From positions 12,964 through 76,963 of the forward strand of contig JAEUWD010000026.1 of the NCBI GenBank assembly GCA_016786485.1: 64,000 bases of DNA, in the 5' to 3' direction. Positions 35,935-45,153 of the stretch are shown here, in pieces. Source of the DNA: Bacteriovoracaceae bacterium. Lineage in GTDB: Bacteria > Bdellovibrionota > Bacteriovoracia > Bacteriovoracales > Bacteriovoracaceae. The position numbers and the translations under genes were made by a program. Under the pieces are notes generated by a model, which had not been told where the DNA came from, did no database searches, and worked only from the letters and a program-made list of their open reading frames with translations. Each line of letters opens with the position of its first letter. Positions within the stretch are counted from its first letter, which is position 1.

Positions 35935-36891
35935 ATGAATGAAATCGAGAACATAAGAAAAATTGAACGCGAGTTTTTAGGGGACTTGGACTCTAAAGGG
36001 AAAAGCTTTAATACCATTAAAAACTACCGCACGGACCTTGAGTGCTTTAATGAATTTCTTATCAAAAAACAGCAAAATTTAGGCTTAAGTGATTTCAACC
36101 TGACTAAGGTTATGGAATACAGCCATTATTTAGATAATAAATACACATCTGATAATTCACGCCGTCGGCGAGTGCAAGCTTTAAGATTATTTTTCGATTA
36201 TTTAGTTAAAAAGAATTTTGTCGGTGAAAATCCGATTCGTAAAATTCCAGTTTCACCTAAGTTTTTAGATATTCCAAAACCTACTTCATACGGCGATCTC
36301 ATTAAGCTCGTTTCACATTTGCGTGCAATGTGCACCAATGACAAGGAAGATAATCTTGAAAAATTACTGGCCTTAAGAAATCTACTTATTGTGTGCTTAA
36401 TTTATGGTGCAGGTCTTAAGGTTTCTGAAATTTCTGAATTAACTCGTGCCCAAATTCTTAGTGATAAAGATGGTTACCGAGTCCTCATTCAACATCCAAA
36501 AAGAGACTCTTACAGTGTACCTCTGCCTAGTTTTTTCCAAGAATATTATAATAACTACAATCGAATCATTGAAAAACTTGATTCAAATCTTGCAACAGAG
36601 AAATTTTTCTTTAATGCTAACGCTTATCGTATCCTTGCCGAAGGAATCTCAGCTCGTGGAGTCGAGCTTATTTTCAAAGAACTCCGAAAAAAATGTGAAA
36701 TCCAACTCACACCTAAATCTTTGCGCCAGTCATGTATTTTCCGCTGGCTAAACCAAAAAGTATCTCCTACTACCATTAAAGAATGGATGGGTGTTACTCC
36801 TGGTTATTCACTTAAAGCGTATACTGATCTTCTCAATCAGCATCCAATCGAGTACGCTTTCGATGACATTCCTTCATCACTCCTTCAATAA
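35935..36891 (+). CDS. XerC/XerD-like tyrosine recombinase homologue with non-canonical catalytic residues
   Basis: N-terminal SAM-like core-binding region ('NTIKNYRTDLECFNEFL', 'RVQALRLFFDYL'). The C-terminal catalytic fold aligns by eye to XerD. The start is uncertain: TTG at 35896 in the track, ATG at 35935 here. Confidence 0.7.
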   Translation: MNEIENIRKIEREFLGDLDSKGKSFNTIKNYRTDLECFNEFLIKKQQNLGLSDFNLTKVMEYSHYLDNKYTSDNSRRRRVQALRLFFDYLVKKNFVGENPIRKIPVSPKFLDIPKPTSYGDLIKLVSHLRAMCTNDKEDNLEKLLALRNLLIVCLIYGAGLKVSEISELTRAQILSDKDGYRVLIQHPKRDSYSVPLPSFFQEYYNNYNRIIEKLDSNLATEKFFFNANAYRILAEGISARGVELIFKELRKKCEIQLTPKSLRQSCIFRWLNQKVSPTTIKEWMGVTPGYSLKAYTDLLNQHPIEYAFDDIPSSLLQ

Positions 36892-36901
36892 AGGATTTTA
36901 T

Positions 36902-38683
36902 ATGAAAATTTTGCTTCTCGTTTTAGGACTTTTAAGTGCGAACTTGGGATTCAGTAAATCTGCCATTATTAATAAATTTGATCGAGTTCCTCCTAAAAAA
37001 TTAAAGCAACATAATCTTAAAACTTTTAAAAATGCCAAAGGCACTGAGATGAAAAGTTCTCAAGCCTATGCACATGATGACTCACTAAAAGAGTGGCATC
37101 ATCTATCGCCGATTGATGGTTACGAAGGTATCCAATCCCACGAAGCTTATGAAAAGTTGAAACTGACTCATGAAAATGAAGTCATCGTGGCGGTTATCGA
37201 TAGCGGTGTCGATGTTAATCACGAAGATCTTTTAGGAAAAATTTGGTTTAACCTTGGCGAAATTGCTAATAACAAAATTGATGACGATAAAAACGGATAT
37301 GTTGATGATATCAATGGCTGGAATTTCATTGGTGGCGCCGATGGAAAAAACGTTTATCACGACACACTTGAAGTCACTCGGGAATATGTTCGCTTGAGCA
37401 ATCTACAAACACAACTACAAAGCGAAGGCAAACAATTATCGCCTGCCGAGCAAGAACTTTTTGCGGAAGTAAGCCTCAAGGTGAATAAAAAACGTAAAGA
37501 AGCTCAAGACAATGCCGATTATTATTCAGAGATTTTAGACGAAATTATGACCGCAAAAGAGATTTTAATTCAAGGTGGGATTATTGATCTTTCAATCGAA
37601 TCACTTCAACAACTTGTTAGCATAGATCAAGATGTGCTCGATGCTCGTAATGTTTATCTTAACTATTTAGAGCAAGGTGCAGACGAAGTCAGTATCGCTG
37701 GTGCGGTTGAATATTTTCAAGGGCAACTCAATTACAATTATAATCCTACTTTTGATCCTCGTTCGATCGTTGGGGATGACTATAGTAATGGCACTGAAAA
37801 AAATTACGGAAATAACGATGTTATCGGCCCCGATGCTTCTCACGGAACACATGTGGCAGGTATTATCGCTGCTAATCGAAATAACGAAATCGGAATTAAA
37901 GGTATCGCTCAAAATGTAAAAATCATGGCCATACGGGCCGTACCAGATGGTGATGAGCGTGATAAAGATGTGGCAAATGCTATCCGTTATGCTGTTGATA
38001 ATGGCGCACAAGTGATTAACATGAGCTTCGGAAAAGAATATTCTCCAGGCAAAGAATTGGTAGATGCAGCGGTCGCTTATGCTGAACAAAAAGGTGTCCT
38101 ACTCGTCCACGCTGCGGGTAATAGTGCTAGCAATAATGATCTTGGTAAAAATTTTCCAACTGACACTAGTAGAGATGGTCGTTATGAATCGAAAAACTGG
38201 ATCGAAGTTGGTGCTTCAACTTGGGATTCAGGTCTTTTAATCGCAGCTCCCTTTTCAAATTATGGCAAAAAACAGGTGGATGTTTTTGCGCCAGGCTTTC
38301 AAATCTACTCAACCACGCCAGGCAATAACTACGAAGCTTATAACGGCACTAGCATGGCGGCACCAACCGTTAGTGGGATAGCAGCACTCATTATTTCTCA
38401 ATCAAAAAACCTGGAAAATGCGGCCCGTGGAATGAAAGATTTACTGCTTCAGACCTCACGTCGTTATCCAATGCAAATTATGATACAGCCAACTGAAACC
38501 ATTCAGGACCAAGCTGAGCTATGGATTGAGCTTTTAACCGCTGAAAACCCACAAAATCCGGTTTTAGTGATCAGACAGGTCACTCAAAATGACCCAACCG
38601 CGGCACTCTTTGGCGAACTCTCTGTAAGTGGTGGAATTGCCGATGCTTATAGCGCGCTTTCGGCCATCGCATTAGAGTATTAA
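36902..38683 (+). CDS. Secreted subtilisin-like (S8) serine protease
   Basis: Asp 'VAVIDSGVDVNHEDL', His 'HGTHVAGIIAA' and Ser 'GTSMAAPTVSG'. Signal peptide 'MKILLLVLGLLSANLGFS' starts at ATG 36902, preceded by AAAGGA. The track's 36791 start would overlap the recombinase gene and precede the signal peptide. Confidence 0.9.
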   Translation: MKILLLVLGLLSANLGFSKSAIINKFDRVPPKKLKQHNLKTFKNAKGTEMKSSQAYAHDDSLKEWHHLSPIDGYEGIQSHEAYEKLKLTHENEVIVAVIDSGVDVNHEDLLGKIWFNLGEIANNKIDDDKNGYVDDINGWNFIGGADGKNVYHDTLEVTREYVRLSNLQTQLQSEGKQLSPAEQELFAEVSLKVNKKRKEAQDNADYYSEILDEIMTAKEILIQGGIIDLSIESLQQLVSIDQDVLDARNVYLNYLEQGADEVSIAGAVEYFQGQLNYNYNPTFDPRSIVGDDYSNGTEKNYGNNDVIGPDASHGTHVAGIIAANRNNEIGIKGIAQNVKIMAIRAVPDGDERDKDVANAIRYAVDNGAQVINMSFGKEYSPGKELVDAAVAYAEQKGVLLVHAAGNSASNNDLGKNFPTDTSRDGRYESKNWIEVGASTWDSGLLIAAPFSNYGKKQVDVFAPGFQIYSTTPGNNYEAYNGTSMAAPTVSGIAALIISQSKNLENAARGMKDLLLQTSRRYPMQIMIQPTETIQDQAELWIELLTAENPQNPVLVIRQVTQNDPTAALFGELSVSGGIADAYSALSAIALEY

Positions 38684-38709
38684 GAAATTTCTAGGGTGCG
38701 CACCTTTCA

Positions 38710-38738
38710 TTGACTCTGTGCAGGGTTTGGGCCATAAT
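38710..38738 (+). promoter_or_regulatory. Putative sigma70 promoter of the rib operon (TTGACT-17-CATAAT)
   Basis: TTGACT at 38710-38715, exact 17-nt spacer, CATAAT at 38733-38738. The ribD ATG (38746) starts 8 nt after the -10, which implies a leaderless or near-leaderless mRNA. Confidence 0.5.
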
Positions 38739-38745
38739 TCCGCCC

Positions 38746-39870
38746 ATGTCTTTTCAATCTGAACAATACATCCGCCAGTGTTTTGAGCTCGCGAAGCTAG
38801 CTCGAGGCAAGACCTCGCCTAACCCTATGGTGGGTGCGGTTATCGTAAAAAATGGTCGTGTACTCGCAACAGGCTTTCATCGAAAGGCAGGATCAGATCA
38901 CGCTGAACTAGATGCTATTAAAAATGCCACTGAAAGTTTGGAAGGCGCTACTCTCTATTGCAATCTTGAACCTTGTTCCCATTTAAATAAACGAACACCT
39001 CCCTGTACTCAAAGAATCATTCAAGAGAAATTTGCTCATGTGGTAATCGCCAACGTTGATCCAAATCCAGCAGTGAATGGTCATGGGATCGAACTTTTAA
39101 AACAAGCTGGTATCACCGTCGAGACGGGAATTTTGGCCAATGAAGGTGAAGAATTAAACGAAATCTTTTTTAAAAATATGCGCACGCAAAAGCCATTTGT
39201 TCATTTAAAAATTGCACAAACTATTGATGGACGAATCGCAACTAACAGTGGTGATTCACAATGGATTACCAATGAATTTTCACGACAAGCTGTTCATCAA
39301 TTAAGAAGTGAATACGATGCCATTCTTATCGGCGCCGAAACTTTACGTCGTGATAATCCACAATTAACTATTCGTTTAGGGGATGAAATTTCTTCTCCTG
39401 TACGCCTGGTGCTTTCTCAAAGTGGTGATCTCCCCTACGAATCAAAAATTTTCCAAGATGAATTTTCATACAAAACTATCGTCGTTGTTCCGGAAGATGT
39501 CGTTAATAAAAAACGTGAACTCTTTACCAAGCTTGAGAAAAAATCGGTGCAAGTTTTGGCGCTAGGAAGTGATTCGAAATCGATAGATCTGAATAACCTG
39601 CTTGATGTTCTTTATGCTAATTCGATTCGCTCGGTTCTGGTTGAAGGTGGCAGCGAGATTTTTACCCATTTTATTAATCAAAAACTTTATGATCGAATTT
39701 CATTTTTTATCGCGCCTAAAATTTTAGGCGATGGAATCAATGCGGTTGGAAATTTAAATCATGATAAAATGTATCAATCTATCGAATTAACCCAGATTAA
39801 AACGAAGCAATACTTTGATGACATTTTGTTCACCGGAAAGAGGAGCGAAAATGTTCACCGGTTTAATTAA
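38746..39870 (+). CDS. ribD: Bifunctional riboflavin biosynthesis deaminase/reductase RibD
   Basis: Deaminase zinc motifs 'HAELDAI' and 'CNLEPCSH..PPC', followed by the reductase domain ('IAQTIDGRIA', 'VLVEGGSEIF'). Starts at 'MSFQSEQYIRQC'. The track's upstream TTG coincides with the -35 hexamer. Confidence 0.93.
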   Translation: MSFQSEQYIRQCFELAKLARGKTSPNPMVGAVIVKNGRVLATGFHRKAGSDHAELDAIKNATESLEGATLYCNLEPCSHLNKRTPPCTQRIIQEKFAHVVIANVDPNPAVNGHGIELLKQAGITVETGILANEGEELNEIFFKNMRTQKPFVHLKIAQTIDGRIATNSGDSQWITNEFSRQAVHQLRSEYDAILIGAETLRRDNPQLTIRLGDEISSPVRLVLSQSGDLPYESKIFQDEFSYKTIVVVPEDVVNKKRELFTKLEKKSVQVLALGSDSKSIDLNNLLDVLYANSIRSVLVEGGSEIFTHFINQKLYDRISFFIAPKILGDGINAVGNLNHDKMYQSIELTQIKTKQYFDDILFTGKRSENVHRFN

Positions 39871-40468
39871 AGACTTAGGTCAAATTCAAAAAATTGAAAA
39901 AAACCTCGAAGGTCAGAATTTCTGGATCAAAACCAAACTTATTAACGATATCCAAATTGATGATTCGGTAGCAGTTAATGGTGTGTGTTTAACTGCTGTG
40001 GAAAAAAATGCTGACTGTTTTCGCGCGCAAGCGATTCACATGACTTTAGAAAAATCGTCGCTGGGACAACTAACTGAGCAGTCGGTGGTTAATCTTGAGT
40101 TGGCGTTAAAGGCCAATGAACGCTTAGGTGGCCACTTTGTTCAAGGCCACGTGAACACCACGGGAATTCTGACCGCCACTAAAAACGTGGGCGATAACTA
40201 TGAACTTACCTTCGAAATCCCACAAGATAATTTAAAATATATTATTGCGGAAGGTTCGATAGCGATTGATGGAATTAGTTTAACCGTGGCAAGACTCAAA
40301 GATCAGTTTGTCACAGTTGCAATTATTCCTCACACGTGGGCCAATACTAATCTCTCGACAGTTAAATTAGGTGATAAGGTGAATATTGAAGTCGATTTAC
40401 TGGCAAAATACTTAGAGCGTTTTATGCTGTTTCAAAAAAACTCAAATTCTGCGGGGCCGTTATGCTAA
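39851..40468 (+). CDS. ribE: Riboflavin synthase alpha subunit
   Basis: 'MFTGLIKDLG' N-terminus and duplicated lumazine-binding repeats ('VNGVCLTAV', 'IDGISLTVA'). AGGAG lies 5 nt upstream. Overlaps ribD by 20 nt. Confidence 0.93.
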   Translation: MFTGLIKDLGQIQKIEKNLEGQNFWIKTKLINDIQIDDSVAVNGVCLTAVEKNADCFRAQAIHMTLEKSSLGQLTEQSVVNLELALKANERLGGHFVQGHVNTTGILTATKNVGDNYELTFEIPQDNLKYIIAEGSIAIDGISLTVARLKDQFVTVAIIPHTWANTNLSTVKLGDKVNIEVDLLAKYLERFMLFQKNSNSAGPLC

Positions 40469-41673
40469 ATACGATTGAAGAAGCAATTATTGATATTAAT
40501 GCGGGAAAAATGATCATTGTTGTCGACGATGAAAATCGTGAGAACGAAGGTGACTTTGTCATGGCGGCTGAGAAAATCACGCCACAAGCGATCAATCTTA
40601 TGGCAACTTATGGCCGTGGTATGATCTGTACGCCTATCAGCGAGAAACTAGCTGAGAAATTAAATCTGACGCCAATGGTCCCTAAAAATACTTCCAATCA
40701 CGCGACTGCTTTTACCGTTACAATTGATGCCGCTAAAGGAATTTCGACTGGAATTTCTTCTCACGATCGAGCTCGCACCGTGGCCTTGCTCGCAGACGAA
40801 AAAGTTGAAGCTAATGATTTTGTTCGCCCTGGACATATTTTTCCACTCATTGCTCGCGATGGTGGAATTTTAAAACGCCCTGGTCATACGGAAGCGGCAG
40901 TCGATTTAGCAAGACTCGCTGGTTTAAAACCAGTAGGTGTTATTTGTGAAATCACCAATCCAGACGGCACAATGGCGCGTTTAGAAGAGCTCAAAAAACT
41001 AGCGCAAGAATTTCAAATCAAAATTATTTCAATTGAAGATTTGATCACTTATCGACGTAAACATGAAATGCATCTGAAAAAAGATGAGACTATCGATTTC
41101 CCTAGTCAATATGGTCAATTTAAACTTCACACGTTTATCGACCAAGCTTATGGAGAAGAGTATGTTGTGCTTACTAGCGGCGAAATTAAAAATAATTCAA
41201 ATCCGATTGTTCGCATTCACTCACAATGCCTTACTGGTGATGTCTTTGGTTCACAACGTTGTGATTGTGGCGAGCAACGAGATTTCGCTCTCAAAGATAT
41301 TGCCGATAAAGGCGGAATTTTCATTTATCAACCCAAAGAAGGTCGTGGCATTGGTTTAATGAATAAAATTAAAGCTTATAAAATTCAAGAGGAAGGTTAC
41401 GACACCATTGAAGCTAATCGTCTCCTTGGTTTTGCTGATGATCTGCGTGACTATAGTGGAGCTGCTCAAATTTTAAAAACATTTGGCCTCACTCAAGTGC
41501 AACTCATGACCAATAATCCAAAGAAAATTTCTGGTTTAGAAAATTTTGGTATTACTGTTTCAAAACGAGTACCGATTGAAATCGCAGCGAATAAATCAAA
41601 TTCACATTATTTAACAACAAAAAAAATGCGCATGGGACATATGCTAGGTGAAAACCAATCCCATCTGCAATAA
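40462..41673 (+). CDS. ribBA: Bifunctional 3,4-dihydroxy-2-butanone-4-phosphate synthase / GTP cyclohydrolase II
   Basis: DHBPS motifs '[11 protein letters not shown]' and '[11 protein letters not shown]'. GCH II motif '[20 protein letters not shown]'. 403 aa. Confidence 0.95.
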   Translation: MLNTIEEAIIDINAGKMIIVVDDENRENEGDFVMAAEKITPQAINLMATYGRGMICTPISEKLAEKLNLTPMVPKNTSNHATAFTVTIDAAKGISTGISSHDRARTVALLADEKVEANDFVRPGHIFPLIARDGGILKRPGHTEAAVDLARLAGLKPVGVICEITNPDGTMARLEELKKLAQEFQIKIISIEDLITYRRKHEMHLKKDETIDFPSQYGQFKLHTFIDQAYGEEYVVLTSGEIKNNSNPIVRIHSQCLTGDVFGSQRCDCGEQRDFALKDIADKGGIFIYQPKEGRGIGLMNKIKAYKIQEEGYDTIEANRLLGFADDLRDYSGAAQILKTFGLTQVQLMTNNPKKISGLENFGITVSKRVPIEIAANKSNSHYLTTKKMRMGHMLGENQSHLQ

Positions 41674-41683
41674 AGGATAAAAG

Positions 41684-42151
41684 ATGAAACTAGTTGGAAG
41701 ATTAAATGCAGAAAATCTAAATATCGCCATTGTGGTAAGTCGCTTTAATGACTTTATCACCAACCCCCTTTGTGAAGGTGCTAAAGATTGTTTATACCGT
41801 CATGGTCTTTCCGAAAAAAACCTAACGGAAGTTTGGGTACCAGGTGCTTTTGAAATTCCATTAGCAGCAAAGACACTCGCTGCGACCAAACAATACGACG
41901 CTATCATCTGTTTAGGCGCCATCATCCGCGGTTCAACTGCTCATTTTGATCATGTTGCAAGCGCAGCGACTTCAGGCATTGCCCAAGTGAATCAAGAGTC
42001 TGGCATCCCGACTATTTTCGGGGTTTTAACCACTGATACTATTGAGCAAGCTATCGAGCGCGCCGGGACCAAAGCTGGCAATAAAGGCTGGGAATCGGCC
42101 CTGACTGCCATAGAAATGGCCAATGTCTTAAATATGGTGAAAGAACGCTAG
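41684..42151 (+). CDS. ribH: 6,7-dimethyl-8-ribityllumazine synthase
   Basis: 155 aa with 'VVSRFN', 'VPGAFEIP' and '[14 protein letters not shown]'. Confidence 0.95.
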   Translation: MKLVGRLNAENLNIAIVVSRFNDFITNPLCEGAKDCLYRHGLSEKNLTEVWVPGAFEIPLAAKTLAATKQYDAIICLGAIIRGSTAHFDHVASAATSGIAQVNQESGIPTIFGVLTTDTIEQAIERAGTKAGNKGWESALTAIEMANVLNMVKER

Positions 42152-42206
42152 CTAAGTCCTTGAATTCATAGGGTAAACTTGGTTTCATCTTTGCATACCA
42201 TAAGGT

Positions 42207-44534
42207 ATGAAAAAGTGGTTCGCGATTCTTTATTTAGGCTTCGTCGTCTTACTTGGTTCCGACCAAGTCAATGGCATGAAACGGGCCCTGGCCAGCACTG
42301 ACATCGTTAACTCAGTCAAAAAAACCTTTACCCTTTACCAATATGCGAGTCTACCCGCCAAAGTGGTAGTACTGGATAAACATTCAACTTTTTATCGTTT
42401 GAAAATTAGTTTAGCGAGCTCAGAACCGCTGACATGTTTTTATAACGACGAAGCTTTCACCCTTGATAATGAAAAAATTTGGGAATTAAAACCGGCCAAC
42501 GAAGTTAAAATTGCCTGCCAAATTGATCCAGCAATTTCTAAAACTAGAAAAGCTCAACTTCATGTTCAATATGAAATGATCTCGATCCAAGATATTCAAG
42601 TCACGAATCCAGAAGCAGAAAGATGGCAAAATCTTAAAAAGAATTTTTTGGAAATTTTAGAAACAACTAATGCTGATAAACTTAGCAAACAATTACTTAA
42701 CAACACTTATCTCTCGACCGAAGAATTGCAGCAATTCTATGAACACATTACTGTGAACGTTGATGCGAAGGTTGCTTTAAAAGAAATTCGTGCAATTCAA
42801 AAAGATGATGTAATTCATTTCTATAATCCTTCTGCCGAAACCTATAATCCGAATGTTAAATCAACCGAAGACAATTGGGGCTTTAATTACCAGGGTGATG
42901 ATGAAGATAAAAAATTAAAACAGACCTTTCTTGAACCACAACTAATCAATGCTGTGATGGTATGTGGACTCAGTGGTGCCAATATTTCCCTCCCACTCAC
43001 CCAGAAAATCTTTGTGGGCTCAAAACAAGACTTCTCACTTTCAACTAACCATACCGGGAAATTAGGCTGCCGAATTAATGGTGAAAAACATTTACTGACC
43101 AAGCGTTCAGGCTCAGGACGAATCTATTTGGAAATTATAAAAAAAGATCCATGGCTTAAATACGTCGATAATAAAATCGAAGAACTGGCACGCGCACAAA
43201 ATCTTGTTACTCAATCGCAAACAGAACATGATGCTAGAAATCAGAAAGAATTTTTAGATGATATTCAAAAACTAGTGGTGGTAAATAAAAAGATGATCGC
43301 GATGGAACCAGTTACTTTTTGCGAACAAAAAGTGCCTGATCGTACGCTCAAGTATAAAACTTCAGTGGCAAGTTCCATCCTCTATGGTGCAGAGACTCGT
43401 TCTCATGTGGGACGTAGTTGCGGTGACCCGGTTTTTGATGAACAACAAAATGCTTTCTTTGTTTGTGCACAATGTGCAACGCCAGTGACTGATACACTCT
43501 GCCCTGGAAAAACTAAAGACGGCTTTCTCGTCAAACTCAACGGCCAAGCCACGACTGAACAAGTGAAATTTCAATCGCAAAAATTTGAACTTAAAGACGT
43601 GGGCAATAGAGCTGATTTCTATTCTCCACTTCGCATCGAAAACACCCTCTACATTACAGGTAATAATGCCCATGTCTATGTCATGGATCTGGATGGAAAA
43701 ATTCTTGAGCATCACAACTTTGGGGAATTCCGTGATGCCGGGGCTTTCGTTCAGGTCGAAGACTTAGCGATGGTTCTCGTCGAACAAGGTAAAGAAAATG
43801 AACCTGCCTTTGGGGCTTTTCTTGATCATCAAGGCCAAGTCGTTCACCGTTTTCCTCTTAATGTAAAAATGCCGACGCACCCATTATATGTTCAAAATAA
43901 AATTATCTACGCCGATTTTTACGGTTCTGAAATTTTTATTTTAGATAATACGGGGAAATTATTAAAAACGCTGAATCTGCAAAAATTTAGTCGCCGAGAT
44001 CAGATTGAAATCAGAAGTCTTTCGTTTGTTCAAAATAAACTTTATGCCGGCGATGGTCGTGGGCAATTATTTGAAGTAAATCTTGAAAATTCTCAACCAC
44101 GACTCTTCTTTAGTGTACCGGCGATTGCTGAAAATCATTCTTTGGAATTAAATTATCCAATTAAGCAATTAAAGACAAAAGAGATTTTAGTTGTTTCAAA
44201 TAATCGCGCTTATGTGCTCTCTCCGCTCGGAAAACTGCAACGTATTTTTGGTAAAGCTCACCATATCATCACAGGGACACCGTCACTGATTCAACATCAA
44301 AATGAAGAAATGATTTGGCTGGTACGCACTTCAGAAATCGCTCTGTACGATGTGCTTGGACGCAATCTCATGAGTTATGAAACAAGTTTTAACGAGAACA
44401 CTCAGGGCCTTTTTAACTTTCTCACGCCAGATGGTTTCCTCTCACCTATGAGAGATGGCATGCGCTTTTTTAGATTTTTTGAAATTGAAGAATTAACCAA
44501 CGAAGCTAGTTACTTCGTTCCATGTGCTAAATAA
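42207..44534 (+). CDS. Secreted hypothetical protein with C-terminal beta-propeller-like repeats
   Basis: 775 aa with a signal peptide. Cys cluster 'CGDPVFDEQQNAFFVCAQCATPVTDTLCPG'. The C-terminal third has repeated strand motifs ('HVYVMDLDGKILEHH', 'EIFILDNTGKLLKTL', 'GRGQLFEVNLEN', 'RAYVLSPLGKLQRIF'). No named domain. Confidence 0.7.
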   Translation: MKKWFAILYLGFVVLLGSDQVNGMKRALASTDIVNSVKKTFTLYQYASLPAKVVVLDKHSTFYRLKISLASSEPLTCFYNDEAFTLDNEKIWELKPANEVKIACQIDPAISKTRKAQLHVQYEMISIQDIQVTNPEAERWQNLKKNFLEILETTNADKLSKQLLNNTYLSTEELQQFYEHITVNVDAKVALKEIRAIQKDDVIHFYNPSAETYNPNVKSTEDNWGFNYQGDDEDKKLKQTFLEPQLINAVMVCGLSGANISLPLTQKIFVGSKQDFSLSTNHTGKLGCRINGEKHLLTKRSGSGRIYLEIIKKDPWLKYVDNKIEELARAQNLVTQSQTEHDARNQKEFLDDIQKLVVVNKKMIAMEPVTFCEQKVPDRTLKYKTSVASSILYGAETRSHVGRSCGDPVFDEQQNAFFVCAQCATPVTDTLCPGKTKDGFLVKLNGQATTEQVKFQSQKFELKDVGNRADFYSPLRIENTLYITGNNAHVYVMDLDGKILEHHNFGEFRDAGAFVQVEDLAMVLVEQGKENEPAFGAFLDHQGQVVHRFPLNVKMPTHPLYVQNKIIYADFYGSEIFILDNTGKLLKTLNLQKFSRRDQIEIRSLSFVQNKLYAGDGRGQLFEVNLENSQPRLFFSVPAIAENHSLELNYPIKQLKTKEILVVSNNRAYVLSPLGKLQRIFGKAHHIITGTPSLIQHQNEEMIWLVRTSEIALYDVLGRNLMSYETSFNENTQGLFNFLTPDGFLSPMRDGMRFFRFFEIEELTNEASYFVPCAK

Positions 44535-44546
44535 AAGGAAGAACAT

Positions 44547-44951
44547 ATGATGCTTATTCTACTTACGCTCTTATCTTTAAATCACGCTCAAGCCGCTCTA
44601 TATCCCGTGGAGAATGAGTTTAACTGCCAGGGTATCTTGAACAATCTCGAGAAGAAGCCGGTTAAATTTCAGCTTAAAAGTAGCTTAAAAACAGCCACGA
44701 TTCAGATGAAAAATGCCATCAATTCCGTCGATTGTGAAATCCAAGAATTAGCGGGTGGACCGACACTCTCTTGCTTAAATAACGACTTTTCAATCAATCT
44801 GCCTTTAACCACCGACATGGCACAAAACGGCTTATTTAAGAGCTTTCAGCCTGCTAGAGGCATAGCAACACTCGAGGTGACGGAGTTTTTAGGGGTAGAT
44901 AACGTAAAAAAGGCCCTCGACATCACTTGTCGCGCTAAAAATCTACCCTAA
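44547..44951 (+). CDS. Small secreted hypothetical protein
   Basis: 134 aa with signal 'MMLILLTLLSLNHAQA' and four mature-region Cys. Starts 12 nt after the preceding gene; AAGGAAG SD. Confidence 0.6.
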   Translation: MMLILLTLLSLNHAQAALYPVENEFNCQGILNNLEKKPVKFQLKSSLKTATIQMKNAINSVDCEIQELAGGPTLSCLNNDFSINLPLTTDMAQNGLFKSFQPARGIATLEVTEFLGVDNVKKALDITCRAKNLP

Positions 44952-44964
44952 CTGGCCGATAGTA

Positions 44965-44993
44965 TTGACCTCGCCCCTAGCACATGTTAGAAA
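44965..44993 (+). promoter_or_regulatory. Putative sigma70 promoter of rpsD (TTGACC-17-TAGAAA)
   Basis: TTGACC at 44965-44970, 17-nt spacer, TAGAAA at 44988-44993. Predicts a ~150-nt leader before the rpsD ATG at 45154. Confidence 0.5.
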
Positions 44994-45153
44994 TGTCGCA
45001 ACTTATCAATAGGGATGCAGGCCTACTAACAAATCGCCTCCTGCAAACTGGGGATGACTAAATACTTTTAGCATCTTATTCGGTGTAAAAAGAACCAATC
45101 GGTTCCGCTTACTTACCTAATATTTCCAGAATAAATCGGTGTAGGAGACAATT

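Noticed and set aside
35896-36891. Considered the tyrosine recombinase homologue as the integrase of a mobile element or genomic island.
   Set aside because: There is no adjacent tRNA, no flanking direct repeats that I could see, and no phage, IS or cargo genes. The neighbours are rnc-era-der and a rib operon. I treat it as a chromosomal Xer-like gene.
36791-36901. N-terminal extensions proposed by the ORF track. These are the S8 protease from 36791, ribD from the 38710 TTG, ribE from 39815, clpP from 21174, era from 35067, der from 34066 and the OMP genes from 46409 and 46971.
   Set aside because: In each case a downstream start has a proper SD or begins the signal peptide or conserved N-terminus. 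The extension would overlap an upstream gene, a promoter hexamer or a terminator hairpin.
38695-38704. GGTGCGCACC palindrome just downstream of the Xer-like gene and S8 protease. It resembles the GGTGCGCA start of the XerC arm of proteobacterial dif.
   Set aside because: Only the first 8-9 nt match. The following sequence (TTTCATTGACTCTGTG) has no XerD-arm-like TTATGTTAAAT half-site. It sits directly upstream of the -35 hexamer of the ribD promoter region, so I do not call it a dif site.
38684-38745. Looked for an FMN (RFN) riboswitch upstream of ribD.
   Set aside because: The intergenic space is only 62 nt and is occupied by a promoter, so an element of more than 100 nt cannot fit.
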